Source: a virus
DNA: 64,000 nucleotides
Virus record (IMG/VR): IMGVR_UViG_3300032053_000013
Coordinates: 1-64,000 of that record
Strand: one strand, 5' to 3'
Of the stretch, positions 47,672 through 56,585 are shown piece by piece. The position numbers and the translations under genes were made by a program. Under the pieces are notes generated by a model, which saw only the letters and a list, made by a program, of their open reading frames with translations, was not told where the DNA came from and made no database searches. How positions within the stretch are numbered: the first letter of the stretch is position 1; the number at the start of each line of letters is the position of its first letter.

Positions 47672-48936
47672 TGGGCCGTGGCGCCCCGTGCTTCCCCGTG
47701 GTCGGCCTGGGGGTGGGCCTTCCGGCCCCCGTGGTGGTCCCGGACGTCGGGATCGTCGGGGTCCCGTCGCTCCCCGGGGGCGTCGCCCTCGCGTCGAGGC
47801 CCGTCAGCCGCAACAGGAAGTTCAGGGCGGCGCCGAACTTCAGCGTACTCGGGTTCACGGCGGACAGCGGGGTGGTGAGGGGGCTGAGGCTCGACGAGGT
47901 GGCGGGGTTCGGGCTGTCCGTCGTCAGGGTCGTGCTCAACAACCTCAACAACCGGCTCGGGAAGACGATCCTCGCGAAGGAGCAGTCCAGCTTCGTAGTG
48001 TCCCTCGGGTACGACAACCCCGGCCAGTTCCCGCACGGGACTTTCGTCGTCCAGCGGCCGAAGTTCCGGTACGCCGCCGGGGGCGGGCCCATGACCGTCG
48101 AGATCGTCGCCTACGGGGAGGCGGTCAAGCTGGGGGCCACCGAGCGCCGCGAGGCCTACCGGAAGATGGCGGACTCCGACATCGTCTCGGCGATCGCCTC
48201 CAGGAACGGGATGGCGGCGGACGTCGAGGCGACGACCCCGATCTACGACCAGGTCATCCAGGCGAACGAGAGCGACTGGAAGTTCCTGGAGAGGCGGGCG
48301 AAGCTCTACGGGTACGTGCTCTACGTGGACGCCGGGACCCTCCACTTCCACAAGGTGAGGCCGAGGGAGAGCGGGATCTCCGTCATGGGCGGGTCGGAGC
48401 CGGGCGTGCTCCAGGACTTCATGGTGCAGTCCAGGACGTTCATGAGGGGCCTGTCCCTCACCATGACGCAGATCGACCCGGTCACGAAGGACGAGGTCCT
48501 CGCGGTGTCCACGGAGTCCCCCGACGCCGTCCAGTCGACGATGGACTTCCGGAACTGGTCCGAGCTGGTGAGCATCCCCGGCGTGGGGCAGCCGAAGCGG
48601 TTCGTCGTGGGGGAGGGCCACCGGCAGTCCAGCACGGAGCTCGCGAGCATGGTGGACCAGATGGCGAAGTCAACGCGGTACGTGATCGCCGGGAGCGGGC
48701 TCCTCCACGGGATCGAGCAGCTCCGGGCGAACGACGTCATCGAGATCAACGGGGTGGGCCGGTCGAGCGGGAGGTACTTCGTCACCAGGGCCCTGCACGA
48801 GATCGAGGCCGAGGAGGGGTCGACCGGGGGAGGGTACAGGGTCAGGTTCGACGTCGTGAGGTGCGGCGCCGGGCCGCTGTCGGCGGCCTCGGGGACGCCG
48901 GTGGAGCCGCAGAGCGCCGGGACCGTGGCGCTGTAG
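47671..48936 (+). CDS. Baseplate hub (P2 gpD / T4 gp27-like)
   Basis: DSDIVSAIA..NG, QANESDWKFLERRAKLYGY, LRANDVIEINGVG..SGRYFV. Confidence 0.85.
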   Translation: MGRGAPCFPVVGLGVGLPAPVVVPDVGIVGVPSLPGGVALASRPVSRNRKFRAAPNFSVLGFTADSGVVRGLRLDEVAGFGLSVVRVVLNNLNNRLGKTILAKEQSSFVVSLGYDNPGQFPHGTFVVQRPKFRYAAGGGPMTVEIVAYGEAVKLGATERREAYRKMADSDIVSAIASRNGMAADVEATTPIYDQVIQANESDWKFLERRAKLYGYVLYVDAGTLHFHKVRPRESGISVMGGSEPGVLQDFMVQSRTFMRGLSLTMTQIDPVTKDEVLAVSTESPDAVQSTMDFRNWSELVSIPGVGQPKRFVVGEGHRQSSTELASMVDQMAKSTRYVIAGSGLLHGIEQLRANDVIEINGVGRSSGRYFVTRALHEIEAEEGSTGGGYRVRFDVVRCGAGPLSAASGTPVEPQSAGTVAL

Positions 48937-48946
48937 GAGGTGTGGG

Positions 48947-49228
48947 GTGGGGTGCTGCGGAAGGAAGTCGAGGGTGGAGGCGAGCCCGGTGCCGAGGGGG
49001 CACGCCGTCAGGGAGATCGCCGTGCGGCCGGTCGCCATGCCGATGACGCCGCCCGCCCCGCCCAGGCCGCCCGCCGGGTCGCCGGGGTTCTCCGCGACCA
49101 TCCAGCCGACCAAGACAGTCGTCTGCAAGAGGTGCGGGGCGCGGCTCGCGCTGAAGCACGTGTGGAGCGGGCGCCTCCGGCGGTACTACGACGTCTCGTG
49201 GTGCCCCGGATGCGGGAAGGGGGGGTAG
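48947..49228 (+). CDS. Small Zn-ribbon protein
   Basis: MGCCG start, CKRC...CPGC. Confidence 0.65.
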   Translation: MGCCGRKSRVEASPVPRGHAVREIAVRPVAMPMTPPAPPRPPAGSPGFSATIQPTKTVVCKRCGARLALKHVWSGRLRRYYDVSWCPGCGKGG

Positions 49229-49384
49229 GTGGTCCTGAGGTTCGTCGTCGCCGTCGCCCTCGTCGAGGCCGTGGTGGAGATCACGTCCACGGCGGAAGTG
49301 TTCGAGGGCGTCCGGGCATGGCTGGCGGGCAGGGGAGAAAAGCCCCGGAAACTGGGGATTTTCGCCCGGTGTGGCTACTGCCAA
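49229..49384 (+). pseudogene. Displaced original 5' half of the DUF1360-like gene
   Basis: LVEAVVEITSTAEVFEGVRAWLAGRGEKPRKLGIFARCGYC vs LVEAVVEICAEGEIFEPLRAWLAGRGDKPRKIGVFVRCPYC at 50186; the frame runs on to 49861 as junk over the endonuclease gene. Confidence 0.8.
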
Positions 49385-49392
49385 AAAAGTCC

Positions 49393-49421
49393 TTGCGGTT
49401 ATTGCCAAACAGTAGTATTAT
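49393..49421 (+). promoter_or_regulatory. Promoter of LAGLIDADG cassette, TTGCGG-N17-TATTAT
   Basis: Canonical spacing; ends 6 nt before ATG 49428, so possibly leaderless. Confidence 0.7.
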
Positions 49422-49427
49422 GGGGAC

Positions 49428-50216
49428 ATGAAGAAGATCAGCGAAAGCACTGCGGCCAGGATCGCGGACCTCTACAGGGAGGGGCACTCCTCCTACAAGA
49501 TAGCCGAGATGCTGGGGGTGGGGCACAGTGCCGCGAGCAAGTACGCGAGGTGGCTCAGGATCTCCAGGACGAGAAGCGCGGCAAGCGTCCTCGCCCGGTT
49601 GAGGGACACGGAGATCAACGTCGAGTTCTTCAAGGAGTGGAGTCCCAACCTCGCATATCTTCTCGGAATCATCTGGACAGACGGATGCCTCGGGAAGACT
49701 ACTCGGGGGGAACAGGTGATCCTCTCGATGAAGGAGTCGGAACTCCTTGGGAAGATCGGGGAAGCCACGGGGGCCAAGGTCTCGCAGCACAGGAATCGAA
49801 AGGAGTGGATCTGGACGATTCGATTCAGCCTTTTGACGGTCGTTTCCTGGTTCAAGGATAGGGGACTCACGGGCAGGAAATCCTTCACGGTCGAATGGCC
49901 GAAGGGGTTGCCGGAGGGCCTGGAGATTTCTTTCGTTCGGGGGCTCATAGATGGGGACGGGTCGTTCGGGATCGACAAGAGGAACGGGTCTCTGATGTTC
50001 GGGTTCGTCTCGGCCTCGGAGGTCTTCGCAAGGCAGATGAGGGAGTGGCTCGGGGCGCGGGTTGCCGGAGGGAGCTTCTTCTGCGAAAAGGGTAGGTACT
50101 GGAGAATACGGTACGGCGGTCGGGGGGCAGAGAAGATCCAAGAGATGCTGTCTCCGAAGGATGGGGAGTGGGGGCTCGATAGGAAATGGAAGATGTCCTC
50201 TGGAAGTTGCCGATAG
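49428..50216 (+). CDS. Free-standing LAGLIDADG homing endonuclease with N-terminal HTH
   Basis: YKIAEMLGVGHSAASKY HTH; AYLLGIIWTDGC and FVRGLIDGDGS motifs; more A/T-rich than flanks. Confidence 0.9.
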   Translation: MKKISESTAARIADLYREGHSSYKIAEMLGVGHSAASKYARWLRISRTRSAASVLARLRDTEINVEFFKEWSPNLAYLLGIIWTDGCLGKTTRGEQVILSMKESELLGKIGEATGAKVSQHRNRKEWIWTIRFSLLTVVSWFKDRGLTGRKSFTVEWPKGLPEGLEISFVRGLIDGDGSFGIDKRNGSLMFGFVSASEVFARQMREWLGARVAGGSFFCEKGRYWRIRYGGRGAEKIQEMLSPKDGEWGLDRKWKMSSGSCR

Positions 50217-50596
50217 CGATTGTGCTCGTAGAGGCGGTCGTTGAGATCTGCGCCGAGGGGGAGATTTTCGAGCCCCTCAGAGCATGGCTCGCCGGGAGGG
50301 GAGATAAGCCCCGCAAGATCGGTGTGTTCGTGCGTTGCCCCTACTGCATGTCGGTTTGGATGGCAGTCGGAGCGGCCTACCTGCTCCAGGTCATGGGGGT
50401 CTTCGGGTGGATGGGGTGGTTCGAGCCGGTCCTGTGGGGATTTTTGATCCACCGGGCGTCGAATCTGTGGCACGAGGTCGTGTCGAGGCATCTGGGGCGG
50501 GTGCCTTTCACCCTCTTCATGCGGACCTGGAGGCACGAGGAGGTCGAGGCGAAGCCGGAGGAGAGGAAGGGGGATGGTGGAGCCGCTACAGGGTAA
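50186..50596 (+). CDS. DUF1360-like membrane protein (intact copy)
   Basis: FE.LR.W....G.FVRCPYCMSVW plus hydrophobic helices. Confidence 0.75.
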   Translation: MEDVLWKLPIAIVLVEAVVEICAEGEIFEPLRAWLAGRGDKPRKIGVFVRCPYCMSVWMAVGAAYLLQVMGVFGWMGWFEPVLWGFLIHRASNLWHEVVSRHLGRVPFTLFMRTWRHEEVEAKPEERKGDGGAATG

Positions 50597-51725
50597 CTCG
50601 ATGCCGTTCTCCGAGCGGCGATATTACGGATGCTACCGTGGCACGGTCGCGGACAACCTCGACCCCCTGCGCCTCGGGCGGGTGAAGTGCAGGTGCCACG
50701 AGGTCCTGGGGCTGGAGATGACGACGGACTGGGCGGCCTACAAGGGGGGGCCGTTCGGGGGCGACCTGGACTGCGGGGTCTTCGCCCCGCCGGACGTCGG
50801 CGCGGCGGTGTTCGTCGAGTTCGAGAGCGGGGACGTGAACCGGCCCCTCTTCACGGGTACCTGGTGGGGGCAGAGGAAGGGGATGCCGCCGGAGACCCCG
50901 GCCCTGGCGAGGGCCGACGGGCAGACGTGCTGGAAGACAGACCCGAGCACCTCGGCCCCGAAGGGAATCGACCAGTTCAGGAGCGCGACCAACGAGGACC
51001 AATGCCAGCCCATCTCGCCCCTGCGGGCGAAGGGGCCGCCGCAGTACCCGTGCAACAAGGTCCTCAAGACGAAGAACAACGGGATCACGGTCGAGATCGA
51101 CGACACGCCGGGGAGGGGCAGGATCCACATCTGGCACGGCCCGTCGAAGTCGTGGGTCGAGATCGACTCCGGGGGCGAGCTCTCGGTCAGGGTGGCCGGG
51201 AAGTCCTACGTCCTCGTGGAGGCGGACGACCGGCACCACGTGAAGGGGGGTCGCCACGCCCTGGTCGAGGGGGACGAGACGGTCCGCGTCGGGAAGGACC
51301 GGTGGCTGAGGGTCAAGGCGAACGAGACGCGGGAGGTCGGGGGCCTGCGTGACACGTTCGTCACGGGCAAGGAGCAGAGGGTGAACCAGGCGGGGCTCGA
51401 CGGGTTCGTCGTGGGGGAGGAGCAGAGGGTGGACCAGGGGGGGCTGAAGCACTGGACCATCGGGGACCGGGTGGACGTCGTGGTCGGGAACTGGACGCAG
51501 TGGGTCGTCGGGAACCTCCAGACCAACGTGTTCGGGAACTACGACCGCATCGCGGCGGGCAACATCAGCGACGTCGCCAGCGCGATCGCCCACTCGAAGG
51601 GGACCCCGACGGGGGCGCCTCCGGTCCCGCCGGTCCAGCCCCAGCCCCCGCAGCCGGTCCAGCCCCCGGGGTGCCCGGTCACCCCGCCCGACTTCACGTG
51701 CCCCCCGACGCCCCCGGCCCCGTAG
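50574..51725 (+). CDS. Central spike (T4 gp5 / VgrG-like): OB fold plus beta-helix
   Basis: YRGTVADNLDPLRLGRVK, PPDVGAAVFVEFESGDVNRPLFTG; 8-residue VxGxxxxx repeats; Pro-rich tail. Confidence 0.9.
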   Translation: MVEPLQGNSMPFSERRYYGCYRGTVADNLDPLRLGRVKCRCHEVLGLEMTTDWAAYKGGPFGGDLDCGVFAPPDVGAAVFVEFESGDVNRPLFTGTWWGQRKGMPPETPALARADGQTCWKTDPSTSAPKGIDQFRSATNEDQCQPISPLRAKGPPQYPCNKVLKTKNNGITVEIDDTPGRGRIHIWHGPSKSWVEIDSGGELSVRVAGKSYVLVEADDRHHVKGGRHALVEGDETVRVGKDRWLRVKANETREVGGLRDTFVTGKEQRVNQAGLDGFVVGEEQRVDQGGLKHWTIGDRVDVVVGNWTQWVVGNLQTNVFGNYDRIAAGNISDVASAIAHSKGTPTGAPPVPPVQPQPPQPVQPPGCPVTPPDFTCPPTPPAP

Positions 51726-51735
51726 GAGGATTACC

Positions 51736-52260
51736 ATGCCGGTGTCGCCGATCTCTAACGCCCAGGAGTGGAGGGCGGTCGTGGCCGACAGGGAGGCCCG
51801 CGCCTGCCTGCGGAGGATCGCGCTCACTGTCCTCTCCGACCTCGACCCGTCCAGGGTGAGGGCGTACAGGCTGACGGTCGAGGCGTCGAGGTCCCTCCAG
51901 AGGAGGCAGGGGGCCCGCATCGCGGCCATCGACTCGGAGGTCGGGTGCATCGTGTCCCTCATGGAGCGGCTCCCCGACTCTGGCGAGCCAAAGGAGTTCC
52001 GCCGTATGATGGAGGAGCGGCGCAACGCCCTCCTGGCGGAGCGCGGGGAGGTAGTCCAGGCCCTGGAGAAGCTCCCGACGATGATCTCGGGGTCGGAGCG
52101 CATCCTGAGGGAGGTCGAGGGGCAGGTCGCCAACGCGGCCTTCCTCAAGGGGGTCATAGAGGAGGCGGACAGTGCCGAAGGTGGCGTTCCTGGGGTCGCC
52201 GACCAGCCACGGGGCCCCGGTGATAACGGGCCCCCTCCCGACGCCGCACGTGGCGTGTGA
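51736..52260 (+). CDS. Coiled-coil hypothetical protein
   Basis: AGGAGG RBS. Confidence 0.65.
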   Translation: MPVSPISNAQEWRAVVADREARACLRRIALTVLSDLDPSRVRAYRLTVEASRSLQRRQGARIAAIDSEVGCIVSLMERLPDSGEPKEFRRMMEERRNALLAERGEVVQALEKLPTMISGSERILREVEGQVANAAFLKGVIEEADSAEGGVPGVADQPRGPGDNGPPPDAARGV

Positions 52261-52459
52261 CTGCGGGGTCATGGCGAAGGCGACGGACATGGTGGCCGGG
52301 CACTACCACGGCCTGGTCTGGGTGCCGCCGAACCCCTTCCCGGCGGGGTCGCTGGTGGCGGCGATAGAGGGGCTGGGAGTGCTGAGGGTGGGCGACACGG
52401 CGGGCTGAGGGGCGCAGATAATCCCGGGGCCGTGCGTCCCGAACACCGAGAGCGACTGA
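52172..52459 (+). CDS. PAAR spike-tip protein with in-frame TGA (52406-52408) at the conserved C-terminal Cys; ends at 52408 if not recoded
   Basis: AFLGSPTSHGAPVITG, GHYHG, LRVGDTAG*GAQIIPGPCVPNTESD*; readthrough restores the third PAAR repeat and fills the intergenic gap. Confidence 0.75.
52409..52440 (+). other. Stem-loop immediately 3' of the PAAR in-frame TGA (SECIS-like/readthrough element candidate)
   Basis: GGGGCGCA 52409-52416 pairs with TGCGTCCC 52433-52440 (one G-U). Confidence 0.45.
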
Positions 52460-52471
52460 TCGGAGGTTCCG

Positions 52472-52945
52472 ATGTCCGGCATCTACGACTTCTTCCAGGG
52501 CCTGACGTCCTCGCAGTGGGACTCGATGGTCAGGGTGGTCCAGGACCTCCAGGACAGCGCGTCCGCGGAGAGGATGGACAGCCTCCGCAACTTCCTGGCG
52601 TCCCTCACCAGGGAGATCGACGCCGTGAACCGGAGGAGGGACGCCCTCGGGCAGAAGGTCGAGAACATCGAGGTCATCCTGACGCACCTCGACGCCCACA
52701 TCAGGGCGAACCCCGGCAACATGGAGGCCACCCTCCTCCGGTCCATCCTGATCCTGTGGAAGAGCCAGCTCAAGATCGAGGTGGCGGACCTCCGCCCGTC
52801 GGAGAAGCTGGACAAGAAGTACGACACGGAGCGGAAGCGGGAGCTCCTGGCCCAGCTCCAGGTCCTCGTCTCCTCGCTTAGCGTCGAGATGGGCGAGGCC
52901 AAGGCCGAGCGGGCGTCGGCGCCGCAGGAGGCGAGGGGGGCGTGA
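52472..52945 (+). CDS. Coiled-coil hypothetical protein
   Basis: GGAGG RBS; GTGA-coupled to the gp25-like gene. Confidence 0.7.
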   Translation: MSGIYDFFQGLTSSQWDSMVRVVQDLQDSASAERMDSLRNFLASLTREIDAVNRRRDALGQKVENIEVILTHLDAHIRANPGNMEATLLRSILILWKSQLKIEVADLRPSEKLDKKYDTERKRELLAQLQVLVSSLSVEMGEAKAERASAPQEARGA

Positions 52946-53385
52946 GGAGGACGACGGACATCATCGGGCGCGGGTGGGGCTTCCCCTTCCGGTTCACCAC
53001 CGTCGGCAGGGTGAGCAGGCTCGTGGGGGTCTCGGACGCGTCCTCTACCGAGAAGATCGGGATGGCGATCCGGCAGATCCTCGGGACGAGGGTCGGAAGC
53101 CGGGTGGTCGACCGGGACTTCGGGTCCGACCTCCGGGGGATCCTCTTCATGCCCATCGACGAGGTTTCCATCGCCAGGGTGCGGTTCGCGGTCACCTCGG
53201 CGATCCAGACCTGGGAGAAGAGGGTGGACGTCCTGGGAGTGGACGTGAACGCCGACCGGGTGAAGGATGGGGTCATCGACGTGACGGTGTACTACAAGAT
53301 CATCTCCACCCAGAAGGAGGGGAACCTCGTCTATCCTCTGTATATTTCGGAAGAAATGCGCGTGACCGGGCAGATAAACGTGTAG
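52942..53385 (+). CDS. Baseplate wedge/sheath initiator (T4 gp25 / P2 W-like)
   Basis: IGRGWGFPFRF, IRQILGTRVGSRV..RDFGSDL, AIQTWEKRV, NLVYPLY. Confidence 0.9.
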   Translation: MRRTTDIIGRGWGFPFRFTTVGRVSRLVGVSDASSTEKIGMAIRQILGTRVGSRVVDRDFGSDLRGILFMPIDEVSIARVRFAVTSAIQTWEKRVDVLGVDVNADRVKDGVIDVTVYYKIISTQKEGNLVYPLYISEEMRVTGQINV

Positions 53386-53395
53386 GAGGCGTCCC

Positions 53396-55162
53396 TTGAC
53401 CACGATCAGCAAGGTCACGAACAGGATCCCCCCGATCGACTACACCTCCCGCGACTTCGAGGCGATCGCGCAGGACATGGTGCGGGCGATCCCGTTCATG
53501 GCCCCGGAGTGGACGGACAACAACCTCTCCGACTTCGGGATCGTCCTCCAGAGGCTCGTGGCCATGGTGTCCGACTGCCTCCACTTCTACCTGGACCGCA
53601 CGGCGAACGAGGCGTTCCTGCCCACGGCGATCACGAGGAGGAGCGTCATCAACCTCCTCCAGCTCATCAACTTCACCCTGAACAGCGCGGCCCCGGCCTC
53701 GGTGGACGTCCGGTTCCACATGGCGAACGCGCTCCCCGGCGACCTCCTGATCCCGAAGGGGACGGAGAGCCAGACCACGGCGGACGCGACGGACGGCCCG
53801 ATCTACTTCGAGACGTCGGCGGACGCGGTGATCCCCGCCGGGGACCTGGAGGTGACGGCGCCCGCGGTGGAGGGCCGGACCAGGACGGAGACCCTCGGGG
53901 TGAGCCTCGGGATCGCCCGCCAGAGGTTCGATGTCTCCGGGTCGCCCGTCATCGACGGGAGCCTCGCCATCGCGATCGACGAGGGGGTCGGGCCGGAGGC
54001 GTGGTCCGAGGTGGAGTCGTTCGCCTACGCCGGGCCGGACGACAAGGTGTTCACGACCATCCGGGACGAGAACGACAAGATCACGGTCCTGTTCGGGGAC
54101 AACGCCCAGGGGAAGATCCCGGACAACGGGGCGATCATCGAGTCCGAGTACCGGGTGGGAGGGGGGCTGCGGGGGAACGTGCCGGAGGGGACGATCGTCA
54201 CGGTGAACGACGTGCCCACCTACAACGCGGTGCCGGTCAGCCTGGCGGTCACGAACGACCTGGCCGCGAGCGGCGGCGAGGACGCCATGACCATCGAGGA
54301 GGCGAAGGTCCTCGGGCCCCAGAGCCTCCTGGCCCTCAACAGGGCGGTGACGGCCCTCGACTTCAAGACGCTGGCGGAGGCCTTTCCCGGCGTCGCCAGG
54401 GCGTCCGTCGTGGTCGGGGCCTACCCCGTGGACGTGTCGACGGGGTGCTGCTGCCTCGTCAGGCTCATCATCGCCCCCACCGGAGGGGGGACGCCGTCGT
54501 CCCAGCTCAAGTCCGACCTCGCGGACTACCTCGAGGCCCGGAAGATGATAGGGACGTGCCTGGAGATCGTGGACCCGACCTACCAGCCGGTGGACGGGGC
54601 CGGTACGATCTACATGGCCGGGAACTTCTCCACGGAGCAGGGGGCGCAGGACGTGGAGGACTCCCTCTCCGCCTTCTTCGACCTGGGGAGCGAGTACGTC
54701 GGGTTCGGGCAGTCCCTCTACCTGTCCGACTTCTACCACCTCCTGGAGTCCATCTCCGGGGTGGACCACGTCGACCTGACGGAGCTGACCCGGAGGCCGG
54801 TGCCCGTATGCTCGCCATGGACGTCGGACTGCGGGCTGACGAACTTCGTGGTCGGGCCCTCCGCCAAGAACGAGGGGTGGACGGTGACCGCGACCTCCCC
54901 GACGACCTTCTCCGTGGTGGGGTCGGTCAGCGGGCCCCAGAACCCCGGGACGGTAGGGGTGGGCTACACGACCAACGGCGGGGAGGTGTCGTTCAAGATG
55001 GAGTGCACGAGCGGGACCCTGGTGGTGGGCGAGAAGTGCCAGTTCACTACCAGCCCGAAGGTCGCCAACGTGCCGATGAAGCCGCTGGAGGTCATGACCA
55101 AGGGCGTCTTCACGTTCAGCTTCGTCGGAGGGGCCAGGCCCCAGAGGGTGTGCCCGGTATGA
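53396..55162 (+). CDS. Baseplate J / T4 gp6-like protein
   Basis: IDYTSRDFEAI, WTD..LSDFG, FGDNAQGKIP, YRVGGG..GNV, ASGGEDA, RAVTALDF. Confidence 0.9.
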   Translation: MTTISKVTNRIPPIDYTSRDFEAIAQDMVRAIPFMAPEWTDNNLSDFGIVLQRLVAMVSDCLHFYLDRTANEAFLPTAITRRSVINLLQLINFTLNSAAPASVDVRFHMANALPGDLLIPKGTESQTTADATDGPIYFETSADAVIPAGDLEVTAPAVEGRTRTETLGVSLGIARQRFDVSGSPVIDGSLAIAIDEGVGPEAWSEVESFAYAGPDDKVFTTIRDENDKITVLFGDNAQGKIPDNGAIIESEYRVGGGLRGNVPEGTIVTVNDVPTYNAVPVSLAVTNDLAASGGEDAMTIEEAKVLGPQSLLALNRAVTALDFKTLAEAFPGVARASVVVGAYPVDVSTGCCCLVRLIIAPTGGGTPSSQLKSDLADYLEARKMIGTCLEIVDPTYQPVDGAGTIYMAGNFSTEQGAQDVEDSLSAFFDLGSEYVGFGQSLYLSDFYHLLESISGVDHVDLTELTRRPVPVCSPWTSDCGLTNFVVGPSAKNEGWTVTATSPTTFSVVGSVSGPQNPGTVGVGYTTNGGEVSFKMECTSGTLVVGEKCQFTTSPKVANVPMKPLEVMTKGVFTFSFVGGARPQRVCPV

Positions 55163-55377
55163 GCGACACGCGGAGGATCTCCGAGATCGAGGCCAGGATG
55201 ATGGCGTCGGAGCGGCTCGGGTGGAGGGTCCACACCGTCGAGGAGAGCGCCAGGAGGATCTCGGCGGAGATCCCGAACTTCGTCGACGAGGCGGACCTGC
55301 AGAAGTTCACGAGGTACCTCGACGAGATCGTCAAGGCCGTCCAGGACGCCTTCATGAAGGAGACGGGGGCGAAGTGA
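55159..55377 (+). CDS. Small helical hypothetical protein
   Basis: ATGA and GTGA overlaps. Confidence 0.65.
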   Translation: MSDTRRISEIEARMMASERLGWRVHTVEESARRISAEIPNFVDEADLQKFTRYLDEIVKAVQDAFMKETGAK

Positions 55378-56573
55378 CCAGCCCTTCGGTGATAATCAGC
55401 GACCCCAGGCTCGTCCAGGGAGTCACGATCCGCAGGGGCCTGGAGGGCCCGCAGATCGTCGTGGAGTGGGAGGCCCCGGAGGCGCCCCCGCTCGGGGGGA
55501 TCGTCCGCGTCCTGAGGAAGACGTACGAGTTCGCCAGCGACGCCTACGACACGGCGGCGGTGAACGTCTACGAGGGGGACGTGGGGGCCGGGCACGTGTC
55601 CGACCTCGACCTGGACCCCTGCTCCTGCTACTACTACACGGTCTTCACCTTCGACCCCCTCACCTACGAGTGGGTCTACTCCGTCGGGACCCAGGCGAGC
55701 CTGCTCGCCATCGAGAGCGGGTACTTCACGGACCGCCTCTTCGGGCTCCTGCCGGAGGTGTACGTCCTCGGGGACAAGCTCATGGGCGAGGTGGACGCGT
55801 CGAGCGCGGTGGTCCCCCTGCACCCGGAGTTCGACGCGGGGTCGAACGAGTGGTTCAACATCCACGAGAACCCGACGGACCCGGCGACGGGGGATCTCCT
55901 GGCGGAGGAGAGGAAGAGGGGGCCGCTCAGCCGGTTCCTGAAGAACATCGCGATCGAGCTCGACATCGTCAAGGGCCTGATCGACTGCATGCCCACCCTG
56001 TGGGACGTGGACGAGGCGTGCTGCTCGGCCCTCCCGGCGCTGGGGGAGCTGGTCGGGCTCGACGTGAACCGGGAGTTCCCCTGCAACAAGCAGCGGGAGG
56101 AGATCCGCCAGCAGGCCGCGATCCTCAAGATCAAGGGCACGATCCAGGCGGTGGCGGCCCGGGCGCGGCTGGTCTCCGGCCTGCGGGTGGGCGTCCACGA
56201 GTGGTGCAAGAACATCCTGATCTCCAACCGGCTGGACCGGACGAGCGTCTACATCCCCAACCCGGGCCTGGCCCTGAAGTACAAGCGGTGCGGGGACGAC
56301 ACGGACTTCACCCCCGGCCAGGGGATCACGTTCCAGTCGTTCCTGGTGTGCTTCTACCTGGAGTGCGACGACTGCCTCTCGGAGCAGGTGGTCGAGAAGC
56401 TGGCCCGGGTGATGCCGCCGGAGTGGCCGGTCTGCCGGAGCGGCTATTTCCTCTTCGAGGACTGCCGCCACCAGGAGGTCTACCCGGGCCCGATCGACAA
56501 CTGGTGGGACGTGGTCGAGACGGGCGGGAGCAGGATCAACCAGGCGCGGATCAACCTCGGACGCGTAACGTAG
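55374..56573 (+). CDS. Baseplate wedge (P2 gpI / gp7-like) with FN3-like N-terminus
   Basis: LFGLLPEVY, LSRFL, LPALGELVG, ILKIKGTIQAV. Confidence 0.75.
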   Translation: MTSPSVIISDPRLVQGVTIRRGLEGPQIVVEWEAPEAPPLGGIVRVLRKTYEFASDAYDTAAVNVYEGDVGAGHVSDLDLDPCSCYYYTVFTFDPLTYEWVYSVGTQASLLAIESGYFTDRLFGLLPEVYVLGDKLMGEVDASSAVVPLHPEFDAGSNEWFNIHENPTDPATGDLLAEERKRGPLSRFLKNIAIELDIVKGLIDCMPTLWDVDEACCSALPALGELVGLDVNREFPCNKQREEIRQQAAILKIKGTIQAVAARARLVSGLRVGVHEWCKNILISNRLDRTSVYIPNPGLALKYKRCGDDTDFTPGQGITFQSFLVCFYLECDDCLSEQVVEKLARVMPPEWPVCRSGYFLFEDCRHQEVYPGPIDNWWDVVETGGSRINQARINLGRVT

Positions 56574-56585
56574 CCGGAGGAGAGC

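Noticed and set aside
43636-48621. 1661-aa minus-strand ORF (also 55116-59693, 40262-43462, 34459-36474, 30541-32583 and others)
   Set aside because: Antisense shadows of well-supported + strand genes; high GC3 suppresses stops; translations are low-complexity R/P/G/L/H with no motifs or RBS.
49385-49861. 210-aa ORF 49229-49861 as an intact gene
   Set aside because: Only the first ~52 codons are homologous to the downstream gene; the rest overlaps the LAGLIDADG gene out of frame.
40061-56573. Stand-alone eCIS/tailocin or T6SS locus
   Set aside because: Terminase, portal, protease, capsid, neck and tape measure are contiguous, so it is a phage tail.
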